DNA of 64,000 nt from Squalus acanthias. Taxonomy: Eukaryota. Position numbers and translations under genes: made by a program. The stretch is from the NCBI GenBank assembly GCA_030390025.1, contig CM059433.1, positions 11,534,001 through 11,598,000 on the forward strand, read 5' to 3'. Under the pieces are notes generated by a model that was not told the origin of the DNA, ran no database searches, and saw nothing but the letters and a program-made list of their open reading frames with translations. This document shows, in pieces, positions 1 to 11,779 of the stretch. Each line of letters begins with the position of its first letter. Within the stretch, counting starts at the first letter, position 1.

Positions 1-316
1 TGCTGGAATGATTTCTAACTCAGCCTGAAAGGAAGGACTGAAGTTAGAAATCATATTGTGAGTGTTTGACAGCTTCACAGAGCTGTCAAACGCTGATATT
101 TCATCTGTCAAAATCTCTTGACAGATGAAATGTCAGTCTGTGACGTCACCTGTTGCCGGGTGGCCCTTAATTGGCCTACTGAGCCCACTGGGCGGGCTCA
201 ACAAGGTCAATCAAGGGAAAATACAGTGGGTTGGCCACATCTCGATGGAGGCGGGTTCACAAGCCAGAATGTGGGATTCCCGACCCCAACCCGATTCCAA
301 CTTCAAAATCCAGCCC
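1..316 (-). mobile_element. Harbinger-type MITE family B, partial (runs off the window start)
   Basis: Reverse complement of the left part of copies at 14129, 22766 and 48367; ends in TIR AAAATCCAGCCC; has the TTTGACAGC..GCTGTCAAA palindrome. Confidence 0.85.
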
Positions 317-423
317 ATTAACTCTGTTTCTCTCTCCACAGATGCTGCCTGACCTGCTGAGTGTTTCCAACATTTTCTGGGTTTTTTTCAGATTTACAGC
401 ATCCGCAGTATTTTGCTTTTGTA
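317..423 (+). mobile_element. Penelope-like element 3' tail fragment
   Basis: TTAACTCTGTTTCTCTCTCCACAGATGCTGCCTGACCTGCTGAG matches the tails at ~12185-12249 and ~34505-34610. Confidence 0.8.
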
Positions 424-1616
424 GTGCATTATGTATGCCTGACTTTAATGGTATTAAATGGCCTGTTAATGAACTATTGAAACAACCTAGTCATATAATC
501 CCACCAAAAATCGTAGTTCTGTGATTTTAAGTGAAGGTAAGGGGACATCGCCTCTTCTGTTTCTTCACCCAGCAAGTGAACAATTGGCCCTCCGGTAGAG
601 TGCTTTACTTGAATCTGATACCCAAAACACAGCTGTGCACTAATGACTAAATCTTCCCAATGTGCCTCCAAGCCACACCTGCCAATCACTGAATGCTGCC
701 CAGTGAAGTTTACAATCAGCCGGAACAGTGAAGGGAGCTCACCCATCACACAGCCGCAGGCCAAAGGAATCTTCAGCATTCAAACAGGAAGATAGCAAAG
801 CACACCTATATCAATTGCTCAGGATACTTTCTTATAAGACAGGGTCTACGAAAGGCGGCTGTTCCTGATTGTTAAGCAGTTTGATTGACGCTTCACCCCT
901 TGTCTTGGTGCGGTGGTGGTCACTGATCGTAAGGGTATGATCGAGAATCACATACTGCAGTGTCCGCCGCCACAGAAAAGCCAGTTGTGAGTGGAACCTG
1001 TTCAATCATTTCAATCCAGAATTGGATTCTGTTTGTGTCAGACCAGACTATATGTGGGGGGGAAGGCACTTCATCATTATTACACTTTGGGCTCACAAGA
1101 ACCTCTGGTGAAATAATTTATTCAGAATTTTAGGAACATTACATTCTGTGTGTAATTTTGAATTGAATCTCTGTTCTGGTTGCATACTGAAATTGAATTT
1201 CATTGCAACCAAAAGCTGACTATTGTACCTTTTTCCTCATTTTTTTTTTTTAACTGAGAAGGTACCCAAGGATATACAAAACAACATGCTTTAAAATAGC
1301 TGAGAATTAGGAGAGCCACAGATCCTGAGATGAAGGGGTTGTCTTATGAAGAAAGGTTGAGCAGGTTGGGCCTATACTCATTGGAGTTTAGAAGAATGAG
1401 AGGTGATCTTATTGAAACATATAAGATTCTGAGGGGGCTTGACAGGGTAGATGCAGAGAGGATGCTTCCCCTCGTGGGGGAATCTAGAACTAGGGGGCAT
1501 AGTTTCAGGATAAGGGGGCGCCCATTTAAAACGGAGATGAGGAGGAATTTCTTCTCTCTGAGGGTCGTGAATCTTTGGAATTCTCTACCCCAGAGAGCTG
1601 TGGAGACGGAGTCATT

Positions 1617-2378
1617 GGCCCAGAAATTAAACAGTGAGGGTTCCCGCGGGGGTAAGGAATCCCCGCAATATCGCACTCCGCGCCTACCTTTTTGCTCCGG
1701 GCCCACACGAACTTTAGTCTGAAAGGCTCTCTCTCTTGGAACCGTGCAGTGCTTGCGTGACCCAGAGACGCAATTAGTTCGTGCGAGCTCTGGGATCACG
1801 TGATTCAGTTAGAGCCAATGGCAGCACACCATCTTTCATTCATAGTTTTGACAGGAAGACCTGTCAAAGCTATGAATACTATACCCCCCCAAAAGAACAG
1901 CTAAACCTCAATTAAATTAAAAAAAGCCATCACATTAATAAAATAACTATAGTTAAATAAATTAACCACTTTAAACAAAAAATAAAATTTTTGAAAAAAT
2001 TTAAAATCTTTTTAAAAGTTATAAAAATAAACTTACCTTTCTTTAAAGTCTCTAAAAAAGATAAACCTGTTGAAAAAAATTTAAAGTAACACTGAATTAA
2101 CTACTTACCTTGTAAAAAGGGGGTCCTACGCCTGCTTTCTTTATGTGTAAAATCTTCACCACTTACCTGCGCGTTCAAAGCTGAAAAAATAACTAAGTGC
2201 ACTGCGTGCGCACAGCCTGTAGCGCGCACGCGGTTCACTTAGGAACCGCCCCCTTTTGAATTCACGAAGTGCCGGTTTCCCACGCATGCGCAGTGCATGC
2301 AGGAAACCGGCAATTCGGGACCTAATACGCGAGAGTACACAGTGCGTACTCTCGCGTATTAGGTCTAATTTTCGGGCC
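1617..2378 (+). mobile_element. Harbinger-type MITE family A, copy 1
   Basis: Ends GGCCCAGAAATT and AATTTTCGGGCC; 3-bp TSD ATT (1614-1616, 2379-2381); removing it restores the CR1 sequence GAGTCATTGAATATATTC. Confidence 0.92.
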
Positions 2379-2550
2379 ATTGAATATATTCAAGGCGGAG
2401 ATAGACAGATATTTGAGCTACAGGGCAGTCAAGGGGTATGGGGAGCGGGCGGGAAAGTGGAGTTGAATCCAAGATCAGATCAGCCATGATCTTATTGAAT
2501 GGCGGGGCAGGCTCGAGGGACCGAATGGCCTACTCCTGCTCCTATTTCTT

Positions 2551-3314
2551 GGCCCTGAAATTCGCCTCTCCGGCTTGCCGTGGGGGTAAGGATCGCGCGC
2601 GCACTTACCTACCATGCCTGCCGTTGTGTTTTGGGCCCACGGGAACTTCAGCTCCTGGGCCTGCTCCAAGTGCCGGCGCGCAGTGCTTGCGTGTCCCAGG
2701 GGCGCAGTTAGTGCGATGCGTCCCCTGGGATCACGTGGGCCATGGAGAGCCAATGGCAGCAGACCATCTTTCATTCATAGATTTGACAGGAAGACCTGTC
2801 AAATCTATGAATTGAAATCGGCCCCAAAAGAACAGCTAAACTTAAAATACATTTTTTAAAAACCATCACATTTATAAAATAACTATAAGTTAAATAAATT
2901 AACCACTTTAAACAAAAATTTAAATTTTTGAAAAAATTAAAATACTTCTTAACAGTGCTAAAAATAAACTTACCTTTCTTAAAAGTATCTAAAAAAGATA
3001 AACCTGTTGAAAAAATTTTTTAATTATAATTAATTAACCACTTACCTTGTTGAAAACGGCTCCTGCGCCTCCTTTATAAAGCGTAGGTTCTTCAATACTT
3101 ACCCTCCCGTAGAAACCTGAAAAAAAAACCTAAGTTTGCTGCGTGCGCGCAGCCTCTACCGCGCACGCGGTTCACCTATGAACCGCCCCCTTCACCAGAC
3201 CGGAAGTTCCGTTTCCCGCGCATGCGCAGTGCATGCAGGAAACCGACACTTCAGGACGCCTTACGGGTGAGTACACAGTGCGTACTCACCCGGGAAGGGC
3301 CGAGTTTTTGGCCC
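2551..3314 (+). mobile_element. Harbinger-type MITE family A, copy 2
   Basis: Colinear with 1617-2378; TSD CTT (2548-2550, 3315-3317) inside the CR1 tail CCTATTTCTTATGTT. Confidence 0.92.
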
Positions 3315-4256
3315 CTTATGTTCTTAGATTGTCTATTCAGCCAAATCAGGACCCCGCCCACAAAACTGGCCACGCCCTTGGGGGACGACATTGCGAGTTT
3401 CCGCCGACTGCGCTGGTTCGGGAAGGCTCTTCAAATGACGTTCATTTTCTCAGGTGCACAGGCACTAGTAGGCACGTTATCAGAGCTTTTTCATATCAAA
3501 AAATATTTAATTTCCTAAGAAACTGACTAGTGTACACCAATGAAAGTAGTAAATTGTTCGGTATCTTTTTTTTTAAGTCATTTTCAGTCAGGTTACTCAC
3601 AGGTGAGGGACGAGACACCCTTATTAAAAATGCTTATTTTTGGTGATAAACCCAGTTTCAGCTGTATTAATAAAACAGCACCAGGTTACCACTCTTAAAT
3701 ACATCAAGGAATACTGTTTAATGGAAGGGAAAAAAAATAAACGGTTATGTTCTATTTTGCTGCCTCATTACGTTGGTTCATGAAAGATTTTACATTTGTG
3801 ATTAGGCAAATGATTTTATTGGAAACTTGGGGAGAGTTTTCACAGCGTGTTTAAAGAGCGTGTGGGTTTGGGTTCCGGAGGAGTCCTTATAATCGGCGAG
3901 AATACCAGCGTGTCGGGTAGCTGGCTTTAACGTGCCGACTCCGGGTTTAATTCGGGCGGTTTTCGATGTGGGAACGTATAATAATACTTATAATATTTCA
4001 ATGAGGCAATTTCAAAGAGATTTTCACCGGGATTTAAATTTGACATGACATCCACGGGGTTTCCCGGACTTCCTGAAACTCGCCATTGAAACGAAGGCGA
4101 GAAGACTGAACGGCAATTCATGCATTTCGTTGAAAGTCAGGCATATGGATATCAATAAATACTCAGTGCTCACAGCTGCTTTCTTACCTCCCACTGGGAA
4201 AGGGTTTATTGAGAGTACTTGGGTTGAGAGCCTAATTTGTGCACTTTGGAGTTAAT

Positions 4257-5143
4257 GGGGGAAAAATTCGGTTGCTTTGCGCCTCCCGTTAGTGCCCTAA
4301 GAGGGCGCTAATGGGGTGCAAAGCAACTAGCGCCCGGGCACGGCGATGTTTGCGCCGCTCGCAAAATTGACCAGACATTTTGCGGCGGCGCTAAACACTA
4401 CCGCCACGATCTCCTGCGCCTGCCGATCGTGACGTCAGTCGAGCGCGCAACGCCACGGTAGCACCCCGGAGCGGATATTGAGTGGCGCCCCCTGCCTTAC
4501 CGCCTGCCGCTAGCAACGACAGGTTGAGGGGAGCGTTTTGCAGTCAGGAAGGGACTGGGGGAGCGCTATTTAAAGGCGACCGCTTCCTGCCATTTTTTTG
4601 TCAGCAAAATCTTTGCACCACGCATTCTGAGAGAGAGAGAGAGAGACTTCTGGAGAGATTCAATGCTGTGTTTTGGGTACTGAGCAGCACTTTGCAGGTT
4701 CATTTTGATTTGACCTTCCTTGCATCGATGTAGAAGAGACTATGGGGGCTGCACTCTGAGATCTTTCCCTGGGTCTCTCCATTGTTCTTTCCAGCAGATT
4801 TGATGTACAGGTCTCTCCAGGCCGAGATTCAAGGCTGCAATGAGCAGGGTGTGGCTGGAGAGCAAGATCAACCCTCCCCTTTAAGAACTGGCCGGCGCCA
4901 GTGTGTCTGTGTTCCATTGCTGACTGACATCACATGAGCTTCACCAGCGCTCTGAGGTAACGCCTCGCTCCTCAGCATTAGCGCCTTTAGAGAGGTGTGT
5001 AGCACCTGATTTAGTGCTCCAATCACCTCCAGGGGCGATAAAAGCCAAGTTTGCAGTCGCAGGCAATAATTAGCGCCAGACGCTAAACTTTGCGCTCGGC
5101 CGATAATTGCGCCCCAAACGGGGCGATACCGAATTTCTCCCCC
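4257..5143. mobile_element. Harbinger internal-deletion derivative nested just upstream of the transposase ORF
   Basis: TIRs GGGGGAAAAATTCGGT and ACCGAATTTCTCCCCC (15/16 match); flanks AAT/AGT. Confidence 0.85.
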
Positions 5144-5144
5144 A

Positions 5145-6290
5145 GTGAGACTCAAGATCAGGATTGCTGCTGCCATAGCTCCCTTAGATTGGACCTCGGA
5201 CAAGGAACAAGATGACCATCAGCAGCAGCAACAGGCAGGTGAACAGAGAGGGGTGCAGCTCGCAGGAGGCACTACCCGCTTAACAGGGTGTACAGGCAGA
5301 GGCTCAGCTTCCTTGACCTCGCGGACGAGCTGTGCTTCCAGAGGCTGAGGTTGTCGTGTCAGGTGGTGGCAGAAATCTGCAGCCTCCAAGAAGAAGACCA
5401 GCTCCCTGCTGGACCTGGTGGACACGCGTTACCAGTGGCTGTGAAAGTGACCGCCACCCTCAACATTTTTGCCTCTGGATCCTTCCAGGGAAATACTGGA
5501 GACATATCCAGGATCTCCCAGTCAGCTGCACATAAATACATAAAGCAAGTCACTGATGGATTGCTTGTCAGGGCCGGCAATTATGTGAACTTCGCCCGTG
5601 ATGACATTAGTCAGAATGACCGGCGCTCGGGTTTGCATCACTGGCTGGCTTCCCACAGGTGCAGGGCGTCATCAACTGCACACACGCGGCAATCCGCGCA
5701 CCCTCGGATCAACCAGGCGTATTCGTGAACCGCAAGGGATTCTATTCGATCAATGTTCAGCTGGCGTGCAGCCACAAGAAAAGCAGGTGTGCGCCAGATT
5801 CCCAGAGAGCTGCCATAATGCTTTCATCCTGCGGCAGTCCAAGCTCCCCGACTTCTTTGGAGCTACAAGCAGACTTAAGGGGTGGCTGCTAGGAGACAAA
5901 GGATATCCCCTTCAAGCTTGGCTGATGGCACCCATCAAGAAACCCCACCAATGAAGCACAAGAGTGGTACAACGACAGCCATATGACCACCATATGTGTC
6001 ATTGAGCAAGTGATCGGCATGCTCAAGATGCGCTTCAGGTGCCTGGACAGATCTGGAGGCGCCCTTCAGTACTCGCCAGCGAGGGTCTCCAGAATGATCG
6101 TGATGTGCAGTGTTCTGCACAAAATTGCACAGCAATGAGGATTAGAGTTGTAGGAGGAACACATCGTCTGTGGACAAATCCAATTAAGAGGAGGTGGAAG
6201 AGGATGAAGATGGCAACCCCAACACAGTACCAGCCGCTCACATTGCTGCCCGGGATGCCAATGATTCCCTTATAGCTGTAAGGTTCAGTC
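5145..6290 (+). pseudogene. HARBI1-like Harbinger DDE transposase, frameshifted
   Basis: Motifs across frames: [47 protein letters not shown] (first catalytic D replaced by N), [39 protein letters not shown], acidic tail then HIAARDANDSLIAVRFS. Confidence 0.93.
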
Positions 6291-6599
6291 AGTCACTACC
6301 ACAGGGCCCATGTAACAATCACATCCAATGGCCACACTCATCCACTCTCCCCACCCCACCCACCAAGCCCACTGACACAAAGCAATCCACAAACCAACCA
6401 TCCACCCATTGCACATCCTCCCATTGGTCCCCGTCAATTCATGTCTTCCCATTGATTAACAAGCAACTGAAAAGGCGAGTTACCACCCGGCAACATGGGA
6501 AAGTGATGCAAAGTAATACATTTTATGTGATTCAACTAAACATTGGAAACTTACCAGCATAACATTTTATCAAAGACCGATGTGCATACCCTTGTGCAA

Positions 6600-8414
6600 C
6601 TACAAAGCTTTACTCTTCCTTTTCCTACTACTCGAAAATGGTGCAACCCCAGTGGCTTCAGCAGAGGTAGAGGCAGGCTGCTCAGGTCCCTGCTCTGACT
6701 GTTGAGATGCTCTTGGCTGACAAGGTCTGGGTGTTGGAGTCGGTGAGGGCCCCGCCAAAGACTGCTCCACTTGCACCTGTGCAGGGCAGACTCAGCCTTC
6801 AGGAGAGGAGGCAGCATGTTGGATACTGGCTGAGGGGGGAAACGGGTGAGAAGTGGGAGCGCTTTGAGTGGAGTTCCCACTTCCATGTTCCCTTTTGCCA
6901 TCATCCCTCTCATGGGCCAGCTATACTTCACTCCTCCCACCCTGCTGGAGAGCAGCTTGGTGCAGATCAGTGGCGCGCTTTTAGGCCAAGACTAAGGTGT
7001 CTGTCATCCTATTCAAGGTGCCAGACAAGTTGGTATCCAGAATCTGTATGGCCATGGTCAAGGCGTGCATGGATTCATTTGATTACCATGATTGATGTTC
7101 CACAGAGTTGGCCACTCTATCCATGGAACAAGACATCCTCACAATGCCCTGCAACATCAACCCACTCATGCTTGAGCTGGACTCCTCCATTCTCTCTGCA
7201 ATCATGCCCTTCAATGATTCTCCTTTTCATCGACAGCCCCCCGGGGTACAGCATCTGTGTCCAGCTGAGCAGGGCTGGGAGAGGGCTGCGCCCTCCGGCG
7301 AGGATTCCCCACGGCTGTCCCTGCCACCACTGCCTGCTCTTGCTCACTTGTGAAGTGTGGGTCACCAGGTGAAACCCAACTATCTCTGTAACTGGACCCA
7401 CCGATGTGCGAGTATCTGCACTGGTGCATGGTAAGCATGAACCCTGTGACGGTGCACCATCAGAAGGAATCAGCTCCTCTGAGGATTCGTCGTCCGGGAG
7501 GTCCACCGACTGCTGGCGGAGACAAAAAATATGAACTAGTCCTGGCAAGGTAAGAATATTGCAACTTAGCATTACGAAGATGATCATATTTCACTCGCTG
7601 CTGAAATCAAGTTAACCGGGTAGTGGGACTAATTGGATCGCTCTTTCAAAGAGCCAGCACAGGTGCAATGGGCAGAATTACCTCCTTCTGTGCTGTATCA
7701 TTCTATGCTTCTATGACTCAGTGTTGTATGGTATATGGGTCGCTGATATTTAATTCTGTCAATAGGTAGCTGTGAGGTCCCAGTCTCTCCAACTCCATTG
7801 GTCAGGGACGCAGATATGCCACTGATCTCCATGGCCTCTTCCTCGGATGATGTCAGCTGCACTATGTGTAGCGGCCCACCTCCGGTTCTTGCCCTCTCCT
7901 TCATGTTCTGTAATTGCTTCTCCTGCAACAGGGGAACGACAGAAGAATAAGTCACTGTAAGATATGTGTTCACCCGGTGGTCGCAGTGCATTCGGTAAGG
8001 GTGACAATCAGGAAGATGCATCAGGAAGAGGGTATGAGGAGTGATGTGATGGAGTACACTTGACAAGGCAGGGTGAGGGAGGTGATGCGCACTACACGAG
8101 GTAGGTGAATGTACAACTGTACCCACCTTTCCTGACCTGGTTAGGTCATTAAAGCATTTCCTGCACTGCATCCAGGTACGAGCCACGATGCTCCTGCTGC
8201 TGACCTCCTCCATCACTTTTAACCATGCCTTCTTGGTGATAGCAGCAGGTTTCTTCTTCCCGTTGCTAGGGAAGATTATCTCCTTCCTACTCCTTACTGC
8301 CCCCAGCAGTACATCAAGCAAAGCATCTTTAAAGCGGGGCGCACCCTTTGAGTGTCCATATTCTACAATTGCTGTTTCCGTGCCAAACCTCCCAACTCCT
8401 CCAAATTCCCCCAT
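6600..8414 (-). pseudogene. Harbinger Myb/SANT-like DNA-binding protein gene, about 3 exons, decayed
   Basis: APRFKDALLDVLLGAV..KKAWLKVMEEV..RTWMQCRKCFNDL; GT..AG intron 8126-7923 (204 bp, in frame); exon 2 EKQLQNMKERARTGGGP; third-exon acceptor near 7513. Confidence 0.88.
7622..7712 (+). mobile_element. Short CR1 3' tail inside the Myb intron
   Basis: GTGGGACTAATTGGATCGCTCTTTCAAAGAGCCAGCACAGG..CATTCTATG matches the CR1 tail at ~28895-28975. Confidence 0.7.
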
Positions 8415-8684
8415 CTTTGAATTGGCCCTTTAATTAGTCGAGTTGAGATTGCGTCATGCGGGTGCGCATCATGCCCGCTGCTGCGCATTGGAGACACGAA
8501 ATCTAGAAGAAAAATGATAATTAGGTATACATATTGAAATCACACATTCTGACGCACCAGAACCTTTTCTGGGTTTCGCACCCGCTATCGCACAACCTGC
8601 CCCACATCACCCACCACCCCTCGTTCACCATCCACCTCTGGGTTATTATCAGAGCCTTGAACTCGAACCTAACAAGTAAAAGAG

Positions 8685-8906
8685 CAGTGGCTCAATTGGT
8701 AGCACACTTGCCTCTGAGTCAGAAGGTTGTGGTTTCATAGTCCCACTCCAGGGACTTGAGCACATTAAGCCAGGCTGACACTCTGAGGGAGTGCTGTGCT
8801 GTCTTTCAGGATGAGACGTTAAACCGAGGCCCTGTCTGCTCTCTCAGGTGGACATAAAAGATCCCATGGCACTATTTCGAAGAAGAGCAGGGGAGTTATT
8901 CTGGTG
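8685..8906 (+). mobile_element. tRNA-headed Deu-domain SINE (SacSINE1-like), 5' part
   Basis: A-box-like GTGGCTCAATTGGTAGCAC and Deu core GGATGAGACGTTAAACCGAGG..AAAGATCCCATGGCACT. Confidence 0.85.
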
Positions 8907-10860
8907 GGGATGTGAGAGGCACTGTCAGCTCACGCATGACATGTTACCATTAGATTACATGGCTTGATGGACTAGCTTGTCTTTTCCTTCCCGTCATTTC
9001 CATATGTTAGTATGTCAATGACGCCCAACTTTGGGCTCACGCTGCCTGTGTAATGCCAAGTCTGGGCCTAGAAGAAACTCTACCCCATTGTGATTTTGAA
9101 ATTGCTTTTGTATATCACAGCTACCTGATTGTCTGGTGAGATGTGGAAAAGTTTATGTATACAGTCAACCCTGCAACACCATCTTGTTAATTATACGACT
9201 GTACTGTTGAATTTGTAAGCAAAGGTTTTAATTTCATGCCGGTTAATATAAATTTCAGTCTGGATTTTTTTCATATCTATATTGCGCAATGGAGTTAAAA
9301 CTGTATTTTATTTCCATGACTTATTTCTGAGCTCAATAGTTAATATCCAATTAGGTTGCATTTTCATGCTGATGACCAATCAAATTGAGCGAAGAGGCAG
9401 CTCACATTTACGGGCAGTGTTAAAGCACCCTCTGTACTCATTAAAATTCATTAAAATATCATTGATTTTTTAAAACAAAAATTTAGCAATAATATTTAAA
9501 AGTCCACTCCAGTGTTATAACTAGATTCACCTTTGGGTGCCTACGTTGTATGGGTTTTCTATCTGTTCCTGAACTGACCATAACTCACTCATGCCTGATA
9601 TGGCCCTGTGAATTTAATAATTTATACCCCAGCTGTGGCATTCATGAGTTATATAGTCGGTTCATGCATTAAAGGAAAAATTATATAATATGGGTCCCCA
9701 CAGATGATCCTCTATTAATTAACGACACTAGTCGGCAGGAGGCAGCTTTAGCGAGATGCCGATCTTTGGATGTGTTAAGGAAATTACAAATCCGAAGGAT
9801 TCAAGCAAATGACCAGTTTCCAAAATGTCGTTATGTAGGACTTCCAATTTCTATTTGGCTACAAGCAACCCATATTTCTTGCAAAGCTCATTTGAGAGGC
9901 TCTGAAACTCGCAGACCTGAATATTTTTAATGAAAAGTCTCAATTCTGATACTGAAAAGTAGCAGTCAGCTTAACTGAGTCAGCTCTTTATGTCTAAGGA
10001 GGTCAGATACGATTCAAGAAGAATCAAATAACATGAGAGGTTGCCAGCATTGCTGAGGAATATACTGTCCTTTCTACTAAATGCCAAAAGGCATCATTTA
10101 TTTTATAGAAATGGTAGGTAATTTCCCCCAGAGAATGTTTTTATACGACTATTAGTTTGTTTCCATAACTGCAATGCAAGCAGTCCCCCTGTTGCCCTCT
10201 TATATTTGTAACATTGGCGTAATACGTTCTCCACTTACTCAGTGAATTTGAATTCTTTCTGTCATTTACTTAAAGATCAGACTGTGTCCTTTGATTAAAA
10301 GATCAAATGAGCTTGTTTCCTTGATTTTTAATTAGCAAGCTTGATTTCTTTGCTACGAATGTAACAGTCTGTTCTGTTGTGTAGATTTTGCATGTGAGGC
10401 AGTCGTATGAGTTGGTCATGTTGGGCAGGATATAGTACCACATTTTAATTTGTGATCACTTCACCTATTGCCAATTGTGCACCTGTGTGAAATGCAATAT
10501 AGCATATGGTTGGAAAATTATACTTCAAAATAATTAAAGAAATGTCAAGTTTGATATCTAGGAGATTAAATGCTGGAGTTTGATACAAGGCTGGAATCTT
10601 CTGAATTATGTTGTGCAATCAAACAAAAGACTCAATTTCATTCCCTGCTTGAGGGTGATGACACAATATAATATATATGCTGATACAGAAAGTTTTACAA
10701 GCGGATTAAAGTATCTGAATTTGCAATGCCAGAAACCAGGACTTTTTATAGAATCTTCTGAGACTTTAACACCATAGTGACATGCACATAGGTCACACTA
10801 TCATAAGATACTTACAGATGAAAGATTTATCTCAGTTTATCCATCTACAATGAGCCTAAG

Positions 10861-11301
10861 TGTCAGCTGTGGCTCAGTGGGTAGCACACTTCACCTCTGA
10901 TGTCAGAAGGTTGTGGGTTCAAGTCTCACTCCATGGGACATAAAGCTAGGTTGACACTCCAGTGTCGTGCTGAGGGAGTGCTACACTGTCAGGGGTGCCG
11001 TCTTTCGGATAAGGCATTAAATCTCAGGTGGACGAAAAAGATCCCATGGCACTATTTCGAAGAAGAGTAGGGGAGTTATCCCTGGTGTCTTGGCCAATAC
11101 TTATCCCTCAACCAACATAACAAAAACAGATTATCTGGTCATTATCATGTTGCTGTTTGTGGGACCTTGCTGTGTGCAAATTGGCTGCCATGTTTCCCAC
11201 ATTACAACAGTGACTACACTTCAAAAGTACTTCATTGGCTATAAAGTGCTTTGAGACATCCAGTGGTCGTGAAAGGTGCTATATAAATGCAACTTTTTCT
11301 T
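10861..11301 (+). mobile_element. Deu-domain SINE (SacSINE1-like), full length
   Basis: tRNA head with A and B boxes (GGTTCAAGTC), Deu core, L2-like tail GAAAGGTGCTATATAAATGCAA. Confidence 0.9.
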
Positions 11302-11779
11302 TAAGGCCACTCTATTGTAGCATTTCATTGTTTCTTGAATGACTCTACTGTTTCATCCTATAGCCCCTTCCATGTGCTGATCACTGTTGGTATGAATAAG
11401 GGCTTCCCAATGTCAGGCTTGGCTCAGTGGTAGCACTCTTTGCTCAGAGTCAGAAGTTCAAGCCCCTCTCCAGAGACTTAAGCACATAGGCTGGTGCTTC
11501 ATTGCAGTACTGAGGGAGGGCTGCACTGCCGGAGATGTCGTCTTTTGGATGAGATGTTAAACAGAGATCCCTCTCAGGTGGACGTAAAGGAACCCATGGC
11601 ACCACTTGAAGAAGAGCAGGGGAGCTCTACCAGTGTCCTCGCCAACATTTGTTCCACAACCAACACTTAAATCAAATGATCTGGTCATTTATTTAATTGA
11701 TGTTTGTGCGACCTTGCTATATGCAAATTGGCTGCCTGCATTTTCCATGTTACAACAGTGACTACACTTCAAAATTACT

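Larger units (their letters stand above)
1322..3325 (+). mobile_element. CR1 (HER1-like) LINE 3' end, interrupted by two MITEs
   Basis: ORF 1330 reads GLSYEERLSRLGLYSLEFRRMRGDLIETYKIL (CR1 ORF2 C-terminus); resumes at 2379-2550 and 3315-3325 with the CTTATGTT tail. Confidence 0.95.
3830..8656. mobile_element. Near-full-length decayed PIF/Harbinger DNA transposon
   Basis: Convergent transposase (+) and Myb/SANT (-) genes; degenerate ends GGGAGAGTTTT and ATTATCAGAGCC, each flanked by TTG (putative TSD). The ends are less certain than the internal genes. Confidence 0.8.

Noticed and set aside
5288..5954. Domesticated HARBI1 gene
   Set aside because: Multiple frameshifts and the first catalytic Asp reads as Asn; transposon context
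7698..8414. 238-aa ORF as an intact single-exon host gene (NAIF1/MSANTD-like)
   Set aside because: It reads through a 204-bp in-frame intron, lies inside a decayed transposon, and the downstream exon is frameshifted
10861..10935. tRNA genes at SINE heads (also 21020-21090 and 31560-31635)
   Set aside because: They continue directly into SINE bodies and lack a proper acceptor stem or terminator
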